A stretch of DNA of 64,000 bases from Cladosporium halotolerans (Eukaryota). The notes beneath the pieces were generated by a model. It was given only the letters and a program-made list of their open reading frames with translations, was not told where the DNA came from and ran no database searches. Every line of letters begins with the position of its first letter. Position 1 is the first letter of the stretch. Both the position numbers and the translations under genes were made by a program. Of this stretch, positions 10,101 through 19,360 are shown piece after piece. The DNA is taken from assembly GCF_011745625.1 (NCBI RefSeq), contig NW_027191466.1, positions 62,001-126,000 on the forward strand. The letters run 5' to 3'.

Positions 10101-11865
10101 CGCTCTGGGTGTTGATCTCCTCCGAGCTCGAGTTCGCCTCGCCAGAGTTGCTGGAGACAGTGGGTTGCACAATGCTACTTGGGATCGCACCCGTTGAGCC
10201 AACTGCCTCATTTGCTCCCTCTGAAGTCCCAGCCGTAGGCTGTGCGTTGTTGCTAGAGCCACCGCCGGTCAAGAATCCAAGGATGCCGGTACTCGAGTCA
10301 GAGGTCTTGGGTGTAGGCGAGACAATAGTATCGGGAATTCCGCCAGTAGAGCCTACGAAGTTCGAATTGGTGGCAGCGGACTCAACCTTACTGGAAGACG
10401 CAGTAGGCTGGGGTTCGTTCACCGGAACGCCTCCAGTAGAGCCAACAGCAGTACCGAGAGAAGACTTGGGCGCGGTGGGCTGCACAATATCGTCGCTGCC
10501 GGGGAAGCCGGCCGAGGGTCGCGATCCCCTGAAGCCCTGACCAGAACCGCGCGAAGTCGGCGGGACGATGTCCTCGCTCTTGGGCATACCAGTTGAGGCC
10601 ACTTGGCTTGACGTCGGCTGCACGATCTGATCGCTGTTGGGCATGCCGGATGAAGGCTGCGAGCTGGGTGCAAGAGTCGGCGAGACAGATTCACCGCCGT
10701 TGGGCATACCAGTCGATGCCTGCTGGTTGTACGTCTCAGTGGAAGCGGACGAAGCAGCTGAGCTACGCGCGGTAGGCTGAGGCTCGTTCGTAGGAACGCC
10801 TCCGCCAGTCGATCCGAAGGCAGCGGCGGCCTGCTGAGAGGAAGTCTCAGCGAAAGCGGACGAAGCAGCCGAGCTACGCACAGTAGGCTGCGGCTCGTTC
10901 GACGGGACGCCTGCACCGGTGGAGCCGACAGCAGCAGCAGTCGGCTGGCTGGAAGTCGGCTGCACGATGTCTTCGCTCTTGGGCATGCCAGTGGAAGCGA
11001 CCTGGCTTGAAGTCGGCTGCACAACGGCAGAGCTCTCGGGCATACCAGTCGAAGCCTGCGAAGGAGCCGTCGACTGAGTTGAGCTAGACGTAGTCGGCTG
11101 GACGACATCAGAGCTCGCGGGCATGCCGACCGAGGGCTGGGAGCTGGGCGGAGTCGGCTGGACAGTGAAGTCAGGGAAGCCACGAGAAGGGGAGTCGTCT
11201 GAACCCGTCTCCTCGCTTTGGTCGTAGTATTCCTCGCTGGTGGTGGATGAGCTCGTCGTGGTGGGGACAGCGGACGAAGTTGCCGGGGTGGTTGTCTCAC
11301 TGAAAGTCGGCTGCACGGGGTTGGACGGCATTCCGCCTGTCGAGCCGCCAAAGCGTCCGCCTCCAAACCCTAGTCCAGCACCAATGGAACTGAACAAACT
11401 TTCAAATGGAGAACCAGAGCTTTGAGTAGATGCATCGTCCGACGATGTCGTCGCGGCCTGGGAACTGTATGTCGAAGATGTGGTGAGTGGCGACGACGAC
11501 GGTGCTGTGTTCGTGATAGTGACGGTGTGAGTGCTGTAGAGGCCATCCATCGTCGGCTCGATGGTAGTCGTGTACTCAGTCTGGCCAGGATATGACCAGG
11601 GCTCATCCGCACTCAAGCTCGAGAGATAAGGGTCCCAATCAAAGTATTCCGCCTGGGCACTTGATGTTTCAGGTGGTGCTTCCGATGTTGTCGAAGGTTC
11701 TGCGGTAATCGTCGAATTGGTGAATTGCCGTTTCATCGGATGATATTTGTGCCAACCGGGTCGCGCCTGGTATTGTCGAGCGGGCGCGGCTTCGGCGGTC
11801 GTGAAAGGGCCGTTGGCAGACATGACCGCAAGGGCAGCCGCCCATGCGGCTGATGATGTCCGCAT
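7180..11865 (-). CDS. MSB2: Msb2/Hkr1-type signalling mucin, 1561 aa
   Basis: Signal peptide, very long S/T/P-rich region, HMH-like domain (LIQIGFNYGLNYGFV..QIFAFLP..MPYD), one TM segment (VGIGVGACAGAALYAAAMVYVARRYK), C-terminal ISAPVMSENSLGWN. Confidence 0.92.
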   Translation of the reverse strand: MRTSSAAWAAALAVMSANGPFTTAEAAPARQYQARPGWHKYHPMKRQFTNSTITAEPSTTSEAPPETSSAQAEYFDWDPYLSSLSADEPWSYPGQTEYTTTIEPTMDGLYSTHTVTITNTAPSSSPLTTSSTYSSQAATTSSDDASTQSSGSPFESLFSSIGAGLGFGGGRFGGSTGGMPSNPVQPTFSETTTPATSSAVPTTTSSSTTSEEYYDQSEETGSDDSPSRGFPDFTVQPTPPSSQPSVGMPASSDVVQPTTSSSTQSTAPSQASTGMPESSAVVQPTSSQVASTGMPKSEDIVQPTSSQPTAAAVGSTGAGVPSNEPQPTVRSSAASSAFAETSSQQAAAAFGSTGGGVPTNEPQPTARSSAASSASTETYNQQASTGMPNGGESVSPTLAPSSQPSSGMPNSDQIVQPTSSQVASTGMPKSEDIVPPTSRGSGQGFRGSRPSAGFPGSDDIVQPTAPKSSLGTAVGSTGGVPVNEPQPTASSSKVESAATNSNFVGSTGGIPDTIVSPTPKTSDSSTGILGFLTGGGSSNNAQPTAGTSEGANEAVGSTGAIPSSIVQPTVSSNSGEANSSSEEINTQSAFPFAGPSGSSVPAESVLATSGSSVFLTSRSATLPARPLPTGGSPDFGSGGLRPFNEPEPTGPSSDVTTGSSADSTQSSLGAITVGLSTVIEGTASTTSSASLSDATTSAENASAPIPLTSTAPLTGESDNNTSALTGSQAASASATTTESPGLIGSVVSGLLGTSTESSEGAASTNATESSAGILGTGLLPVPVPTTSDQPSGASSAASSGTGAGGVVNSAASDFSSAVSSAESSVLSEARGGATAAPTASVTSEASAALSSLASSFSSSLSSVAATATDSAVSENVSSGFSSILSSAASSMNSDLSSHFTGSAASVLATGSTLSTPAMSTGSEANETLATATETGSSGIAASTGTAQSAPTSSTILTTDGTSVVAVPQTSSSPSVTSSTITGSSGPTVIPVPVSDAETSSPVYSLSTSTGTDGTTAVPVLSTVVSDSSTGTGVSTGASITEASSTPSVPATAAEETTSFPTLEPSSVASSNSSGEATTTDSSTIIPIVPIPTGSDGESATGGSGDATSGVQSSATGKASSETGSSEASTTSAASATSGSSASSGSLASETTVETVSPSPTTSTASESDDSATPIVPIVTSTEPSVESTPETTPIPSTTTEAPHSIVPTGSDDATTLEVPTSLAFAPTTTAQPPTPTDAGETSALASDGSSTTAPTGFPTTMPRMIQPPGGIPEQPSNGSLIQIGFNYGLNYGFVAGSSTAISQIFAFLPQGLAYGLSVDPKDVKMKGLMPYDTSKELGYMTTLAQAYIPSDLVNQLQLDLHTPVSNIYGNPSPSIRTLMSMVNPSLPVQPGASLDGSSASEDNPAATTSASAGDGAPIGGDSGSSQPVRGTSVGIGVGACAGAALYAAAMVYVARRYKRKRSSHQRTSSVPASQPEMSQRASNLTGGGMGGYFMSGANGHNSGSANGRASAAVTAASSNGRSNGSGGSRGSRNSGHSSNGRSVREQGISAPVMSENSLGWN
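10160..11350 (-). repeat. Intragenic degenerate tandem repeat in MSB2, about 15 copies of (A/G)STG(G)(M/V/I)P-x4-5-(V/P)QPT
   Basis: ASTGMPKSEDIVQPT/ASTGMPKSEDIVPPT and GSTGAGVPSNEPQPT/GSTGGGVPTNEPQPT; near-identical DNA pairs around 10570-10625 vs 10965-11020 and 10741-10805 vs 10850-10912. Confidence 0.8.
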
Positions 11866-12730
11866 GTTGGGTGATTAGTAGTGTGTAGTCACGAATGTGG
11901 TGGGTTGTGGCCGTCGGAGTTGGAGGTAAACGAGTGTACTTGACGATTCGCCAAAGAATGAACGAACGCTTGCTTGAGGCGAAATGGTGGATGTACGAGA
12001 TGCGCGCAGGGTCGTCTATGACATCCTAGGCGGCGCGGGTGGTGCTAAAGGAGTGTGGGCGTATCGCAAAAGCGCGTCGCGTGGAGTGGCGAAAGCAATC
12101 GTCAAAGTACAGGAGGGTGTGCAGAAGATAGAGAGGTCCGGGTAGGGTGAGATTGACCAATTTCGAAGGAGGCGGCGTTCTTCAAACCAGTGAAAGAAAC
12201 GCGCGTGGTCCGGCCCGGGCAAACAAAGAGCAAGGTCTCGTCGGTCTTTCAATCCAGTTGCAAAGTCCTACTCAGCCAATTGCAAGGCGGGGCGCCGCTT
12301 TGAGTGGTGATGGCGAGGCTGAGCGAGCGAGACAGCGCAGCTGTGTCGAGACAATGGGCGTGTGTTTCGTCGCGGCGGAAGCGGGAAATGAGCGACTGGG
12401 TGCGCGCGGTATGCTCGTGCTCTTGGGGATGCAGCAGCGCCGAATGTTACAGGGCGGCGGACCAGACGGGGTCGTGGAAGAGAGGCGGAGAGGCGGAGAG
12501 GCGGTACAAGCGAGTGTGAGCGGATCTGGTCGAACCGGTTGGAGGCGCAGAGTCGTGAAGAAAGGGGGACTGGGCTCGTCGACGGCGGAGGCACGCGGGC
12601 GGCGGCTGGCTCGAGGAAGGGAGAGGCGAGCGCCGGGGCGTGGGAGTTGTCGCGGTGGCCGGCCGTGGGTGGTGGTGGTCGAGGACGGCGACGGCGGTGG
12701 TGGTGAGGTGGAGTGGACGAGCGGGCTCAG

Positions 12731-12754
12731 GCTCACGCTCACGCTCACGCTCAC
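12731..12754 (+). repeat. (GCTCAC)4 microsatellite in the MSB2 upstream region
   Basis: gctcacgctcacgctcacgctcac. Confidence 0.8.
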
Positions 12755-14313
12755 TCAGGGCGCGCCGTCGTCTGGAGAGGGCGAGCGGCGCGGGCCCAGC
12801 GCTGGCAGAGTTGCACCGGGGCGGGCGGCTGGCGGGCGTGGATTCGGCGGGTGCAGGGCAGGCGCAGGCGGCGCACGGGGCGAGTGCAATTTCGCGGCTG
12901 CAGGGCTGTTGGCGGGCGACGGCGCGTTTCATGGGCAGGGAGGGTGGACAGCAGGTTATTAGCAGGTACTGTATACAGACGCTACAGAGAAAGGCAGTTG
13001 TTCACACAGTAGTAGTGCGCGCCCACGCGCAGGCTCGCACTCTCGGTGCCACACTCCTCCCACGACTGCTGCCGATGCTGCTGCTACTGCTAGCTCCCCT
13101 CAGGCTCTCACCCTCCCCCCTCTCATTACCTTACAGTACAGGCCACCTGTGCTGGCCGGCTAGCACAAAGGCAGAGTGCCGGCGCGCCAGGACAAGGGTC
13201 GTAAATAGCACGCCTGCACGCCTCGCGCCTCACGCACCCGCCGCCCGCCCACTCCCACACACGCCGCCGTGTCGCATGCGGATCGTGCCTCGCTCGTGTC
13301 TCTGCCGCCGCCGTAGCAGCCTGCGCGGCCCAGTCCCAGAGCAGTCAGCCATGGCCGCAGAGGGCAGCGCACGACGTGACTAAGGTATTGCCGCATGCAC
13401 GCGGGTGGCATTCGCTGCGCGCCTTGCCCTATGCAGCCGCCGCAGGCCTGGCGTGCACCCGTGCTAGCCATGCATGGAGCCGCTTTCTTCATCTGCACAG
13501 AGTGCTCAATAAAAAGACAATAATACTACCAGGACTAGTAAGAGCGCCCTCCCGGCAATAATCCTGCGCCGCCATCGCCCCCACATGCCGGCCGCACGTG
13601 AGCCGGAGTCGTCGACCCTGGCGCGGACAATCTACCACATCACAGCACGGCACAGGACACAACACTGTACTTCCATGCGCACGCCCGGCCTGGACGACTG
13701 CACCGCACGGCGCGGTGCGCGCAGTACAGCATCGATGGCCACGATGGCATGCGAACGAACGGCAAGACCACATGGCCGTCCAAGCCCGCCCGCATCGCAG
13801 CGGCCGGGGCGTGCAGAAGGCCATCGACGCTGGTCTGACGCTGGCGCAGGAACAGAAACGAGCAGGCCCACCTAGCGTCGTAACCCCAGCCCGCTAGCGA
13901 CGCCTCGCTCGACGCCAAAGCAGCAACTTTAATTAAGGATCACGCTGTCCCCTCCACAGCACTGCCCTGCCCGGCCCGCCGCCTGCGAGCGCCATTCAGC
14001 GCAGTCGAGACCGGATCGGCGGCCGGGTGCCAGTGAAACATACAGAACGAACAGACAGGCGAGCACGCAGGCAGGTGCCAGGCAGACAGATCACGAACCG
14101 GTTCGGGCACACGCCTCCCGCCGCAGCGCTTCTCATCCGTCACACCGACGACAAGATCTCGGGCGCAGGTAATTCCCTGGCCCAGCTGCGGTCGCCGCGC
14201 TGCTGCTCGAAGGACAAGACCGACGCGTCAGCAACTCGCAGCGCGCTGCTGCAGGGCCGGAGAAGAAAGCCAGCGGGCGTCCGCGACCAAAACGATCGAA
14301 AGCCGCCGCGCCG

Positions 14314-14338
14314 GCTTGGGCTTGGGCTTGGGCTTGGG
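14314..14338 (+). repeat. (CTTGGG)4 microsatellite, G-quadruplex-capable
   Basis: gcttgggcttgggcttgggcttggg. Confidence 0.8.
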
Positions 14339-15249
14339 CGATCGCGCATGTACCTGCGTACCCTTTTCGCACGCGCCTGCAGCAGCCGACGGACTCATCG
14401 CGAAAAAGCACAGCAGGAATGTCCGTTGGGACGAGATCTCTCGTACGCTGATCGCGGTCCCCACTCTTTCGTAACGTGTGTCGTCGTTCCAGACCAGCCG
14501 CCAATAGTGGAGAGAGTGCGTGCACATCTTCGTCGTCATTTTCTGTCTGAAGATTCGTCCCGCCGATGACATGCTGTGCTCTCTTGGTGGTGTCGGGCGC
14601 ACAAGGCTGGTTTGGTTTGCTCCCCAACACCCGGAATGTTGCGCGCGGCGATAGATTGCTCTTCCTGGGTGATGCTGACCGGAGACCGCGTACTCGTTAT
14701 TGAACTTTCGTCACCGGCGAAAGTCTGTGGTACTCCCGCAATCTTTTCCAGCGCCACTGCCGCTTCTTTGCAGGGCTGATCAAATCTAATGTGACGACCT
14801 GCTAATGAATTAGAGTAGTCACGATGTGACTTCAATATCGTCGTCGGACTGTTTGTGGACTCTTTTTGTCCGATTTCCCGAAATCTTCGTCCAGCAGCTG
14901 CTTCTGGTATCCCGGTCCTCAGGCACTCTAAGTGAAGCAGTCGGAATGCAAGCACTTCATATGCATGACAAGTCAATTAACGCCATACTGTCCGAATTTC
15001 TTTTCTGGTCTGGCCAATAATTCTACACTGCTCACCAAACAATTGTACATTGTTCCAGATTGAGCTTGTCTTGCCAAGGGACTCTCGCGAGCACGAAGGT
15101 TCATGTCACCGGTTTCAGCGGAATTGGAAAGAGCTGCCTTCTCTGATTGACACCACTACATTAATCATACGGACTTTCTACGCCTGACGCGACGATCGCC
15201 TTATCCGTCCAGTCCAAACAATCTCTTCCCGCCTCTCTTCTCCAACAAT

Positions 15250-16071
15250 TTAAGCATAGTTGATCTTAACCTCATACCCGGTCGTAGTGAACTTCGCATT
15301 GCTGCCCAGGGTCGGCTCGGTGCCCGCACCGAAGCTCTTGAGGTACTGCGTGGCCGGCAGGCCCTGCTGCTTGACGAGGTAGTTCATGAACTCGTAGACG
15401 TCGCCGCTGAAGCTCTTGATCTGCTCGCCGCTGGCCGGCAGGAAGGAGAAGACGGTCATGTCGCCGTTCGGGCCCTTGTACACGTTCCACTTGTGGCCGG
15501 CGATGGTGGTGCTGCCGATGGGGACGGCGTTGCCGTCGGCGCCGTAGTTGCTAATGAAAGTCGTCAGCATCGGATTTCTGGAGCTCTCCAGCAGAGCAGT
15601 GGAAACAACTCACCTCGAAATCGGCCCAGCGTTGATGTTCGCCAACCACACCATCATCTCGTACGCCTCAGCACCACCCGCGGTAGCGCTCGTGAAAACA
15701 TCATACGCGACATCCGCGACCAAATCGCTGCCCTCGTAGCTCCAGGTCCACTTGGACGGCATGCTCTTGACCTTGCTGACCTGGACGGCCTGCGTCTTGG
15801 CCACGACGTTGGGGAAAGACTTGATGCTGGTCTTGCCGCCGGCCCAGGACCAGGTCGAGTGCCACTTGATGGTGTCGCCGGACTTGCCGTCGAGCGTCGT
15901 GCACTGGCTGCCGGAGGTCGCGGAGCCCTTGCCCCACAGGTTGTTGTAGAGCGTGTAGTCGCCGCTGACGACGCTGTCCCAGTCGCCGCACATGTCGGCG
16001 CGGCGGACGAGGGGGCTGGAGGTGGCGAGGGCCGCGAGGGCGGAGGTGAGAAGGGCGGTGGTGAGCTTCAT
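15250..16071 (-). CDS. Secreted GH12 endoglucanase/xyloglucanase, intron 15613-15551
   Basis: Signal peptide; YTLYNNLWG, KSFPN, ADVAYDVFT, catalytic YEMMVWL and GTEP; intron GTGAGT..GCTGAC..TAG joins GPIS|NYGADG. Confidence 0.93.
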
Positions 16072-17647
16072 GTTGAAGATGGTTTCGTGATCGGGAAGCG
16101 TGAAGAGATTGTTCGGCGGGATAGACGAAGAGAATCGAAATCAAGAGAGTGTTTGTCAAAAGGAGTTGGATGAATGAATGGAGTCGAGCAATAGCAATGC
16201 TGTAACAATACACTCGCCTTACTCAACAACCAAGCAGAAGTCCTGCAACCAAGAGGCTCTAAAAGGGCTCTTATATTTCTTCCACCCATCGCCTCGCTTC
16301 CAGAACAAAATGCTCCGAGATCCGCACCCATCCTTACCGAGTCCGCGACGGAGCTCGCACTCCCCAGGGAAAGTCAGTAGACGACGTGCGAGTTTGAAAC
16401 AGTCCGTAGCGCTACTATAAGCTAGCACCAAGCTCCGGGCCCGCTCGCAAACAGAGGGCTGGCGTGAGCTTGTGAGGGCTTCGTCGCTTGGAGCCCTAGG
16501 GTGGCAAAGTGTCTGGTTGTTTGGTGGAGTTTATAGATTGATTCATATAAGTTTAGGAGAGATAAGCTCATGATCTCAAGTAAAAGGTTGTTCTCGAAGC
16601 GTAGGTAGGGAAAGCGTGCTGCGAAGTCCTGGGACGCATGCTTTGGTAAGGCTGCCAGCGCATCGCGACCGACGGAAGTCTGTAGAAGAAGTCCTGGCAC
16701 GGATTAATCTAGTAAAGCAGTATCCGGGCCACCTTTGACACGAGAACCTCCTGTACGATATGAAGACCTATCATCCATGACCGTGCAACTGTATCGGACG
16801 TCGGCCCAAAACGCATACCTAACCTGCTCGGCCCAAGCGGCAACCCCTCGCCTACGATGCCCTCTATCCTCTCCTCTCGCAAGCAATCAACGCGCCCATG
16901 TGCCACCGCATGCCCTCACCACAGTTTGCAATAGCCCTCTTGAGCGCCTCCGTGCCCCGTCTGGTCAGACAGCATGGCCCGACAGCCTGGTCACACGCAT
17001 GGCCGAGTTACCCGTGCCTGTAGGAGCAAGCCTGCAGGGTTGCACTTGGGCTGCGGTCGACCTGCTGTCACACCGTGTCAGCCCGTTTGCTGATGAGCTG
17101 AGTGTTGTACACTGGAGGAACGATGGTTCGCTCCGACATGATGTTTATTATGGCCTTGTGTGTTGGACGAGGGAGCCTTGCAAGTGTATGGCTTCTTGAG
17201 CTATTGTCAGCCATTCATCGAATGCGTAAATTGGCATCTAGACGCTAATAAACCGGTGAAAGCGTTCTTTGAAAATGGATCATGGTCCGTTCTAGCGACG
17301 ACTGCACTTGACTCCATGAATAATTGAGTGAAACCTGATCGAGCCATTTACACAAGACTCATCTTACCAGTAATGAATGGCAGGGTACCTTGTATCTGAG
17401 AAATGGACACAGTCCGGGCATACTCTACCCCAACCCTAACCCTAATATCCCAAGTCGCGAATCTCTAACCTCATCCTTACCCTGCCGAGATGGATTCCCT
17501 AAAGCATCAACCCAGCCGATCGCAAAACACAATCACCAGCACCTCAGCCTTGACCGACCCCAAATCTCCAAACAAGGTGCTGCGAAAACACGAAACTCCC
17601 ACTTCCGGAAACTTCTACTCCAATCCTCCCACGCAACCTTGCCCAAG

Positions 17648-17854
17648 ATGTCCCTCTGGGACTCCTACCGCAACCTCTCTCCGCGCACGCGCCTGTTCAT
17701 CGGCGGCGGCGTCATGGCCTACGCAGCTTTCGGTCTCCTGGCATCCGACCAAATCGAAAGGTTTCTGGGATGGACTGCGACGGACGAGGACCGTAAGCGT
17801 TTGAGGGAAGAGCAGTTGCCTAGGGTGTCTGTGATTGATCGGCGGGAGAAGTGA
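17648..17854 (+). CDS. 68-aa single-TM microprotein (MSLWDSYRNLSPRTRLFIGGG...)
   Basis: ATG in good context (CAAGATG), coding-like codon usage, hydrophobic segment LFIGGGVMAYAAFGLLA, charged tail. Confidence 0.72.
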   Translation: MSLWDSYRNLSPRTRLFIGGGVMAYAAFGLLASDQIERFLGWTATDEDRKRLREEQLPRVSVIDRREK

Positions 17855-18593
17855 GGGGTGGAAGCGGCATAGAAGACCTTTGAATATGAACTGGATGGGA
17901 ACTTACTCCTTTAGGGTGGCAGGGAATGGCTAGGGAGCTGTATCCCGGGTTGTCGTCCAGAGCAGAGGGAGGATGGGTCTCTTGAGCAGCAAGATGAAAC
18001 GCATCGGTAACAGTCGGCCCCGGAGAAGGATGTCTGGCAAAAGAAAACACACGCGCCGGGCCCGGGTGAACATCTTCCCAGGAGCACTCGTGGACCGATC
18101 ATGACTGTCAATGCGATGAGCGAAGCCATCCAAGCGAAAGCAGGAGCATCTCTCGGGCCTCTTATTCATTGGTCGAACCCAGCATTAGATAGAAGATCTA
18201 GGATCATCGGAAGACGGATCTGGTTGGCACCTAGCCTCGGACGGGCTGCATATGGCTTGCCTCTCTCAATACGGGCTTTGCCATATCCGCCGTACAATGC
18301 CCGGACCCGGCGGCCTACAGGGAACCCCACCTCTCTACTCAGAGCATTGCTATAGCGTCAGTCATTCTATAGCTATCAAGACCTTGCATGAGAAGATGTC
18401 ACATGCCAAATGCTTCGGCATTCGTTCTCAGGAGAACCGCACCGTCGCCAGCGTAAATTCCTGTCCATCTGCGCTCGAGAGGAAAAGGGTCGAGAACTTT
18501 CAGCACCACGTTCACTTCCCGCATCGCAAAAGAACAAAGCACATGCAGAGCATGCAACCTTCGCGCAATGGGCAAAAGATGAGCAAAAGCAAG

Positions 18594-18697
18594 GGGCCTA
18601 ACCGCGAATCGAACGCGGGACCTCGCCCAATCTCATGGAGAAATCTCCAAGGGTGATGAAACCCGAAGGGCGAATTATACCACTAAACCATCAGGCC
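18594..18697 (-). tRNA. tRNA-Pro(CGG) with an intron of about 32 nt
   Basis: Minus strand GGCCTGA-TGGTTTAGTGGTATAAT-T-CGCCC-TT CGG G-[intron]-T-GGGCG-AGGTC-CCGCG TTCGATT CGCGG-TTAGGCC-C; T4 runs follow downstream. Confidence 0.93.
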
Positions 18698-19360
18698 TCA
18701 ATTAAACTTCGGTTTGGAGATGAAAAGTCGTATAGTCATTCAAAACATTGGCAGAGACCTTTTCAGGCATTCGTCGGTCGAGAATGCACGGAAGGGAGTT
18801 TTAGACACTTGAGTCCCGAACGACACTCAGAAAGGTTACGTGAGGCACCGGCGTCAAGAATTAATGTCGAAGGACCTCAAACAGCTGGTGCCGCCGCCGC
18901 CAGGATCGCAGACACATCGCAACAAGAGACGAAGCCCTGTTTGTAATCATTGTACCTATACACAGAGACAACTTCAACCCCTCCCCAACCCATGCCACCC
19001 AGCCTCACTCCTCCCCAAACCCCCCCACCAATGCCTCACCAAACACAACATATTCCATCAGGCCTTGCTACGATGTGGGCTGGACGTGTTCATCATGTTC
19101 CTGAGTAATTGGCCTCTTCCGGAAATAGAAACGGATGAAGAAAGAAGATCGCAACAGTGACTAAACTGACACTTGAAGCGAAAAGACCACGACCAATGCA
19201 AGGATCACTAAAGTGACATTCCGCTGCCAGAGAAATCAAGCTACAACTACTGCGGAATAATCACCACAGACAACGGCAAGGGACATGCTTACGTTCAAAC
19301 AATCTTTTTATTGATTCTTCGTCTATTCATGTAAAACTCATCTCGAAAGCATCTAGTCCT

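Noticed and set aside
7039..10540. Long plus-strand ORFs antisense to MSB2 (likewise antisense to the GMC, NCL1 and ABC genes)
   Set aside because: Expected antisense shadows of GC3-biased coding sequence
12016..14976. ORFs upstream of MSB2
   Set aside because: Low-complexity shadow ORFs in a long leader/promoter region
17427..17445. CCCTAACCCTAA as a telomerase RNA template or telomere remnant
   Set aside because: Only about two repeats, 200 bp upstream of a CDS, with no room or evident structure for a long telomerase RNA; kept only as a telobox
19055..19065. 11-nt echo (CCATCAGGCCT) of the tRNA-Pro 5' end as an integration-site duplication
   Set aside because: Too short, and no mobile-element features between the copies
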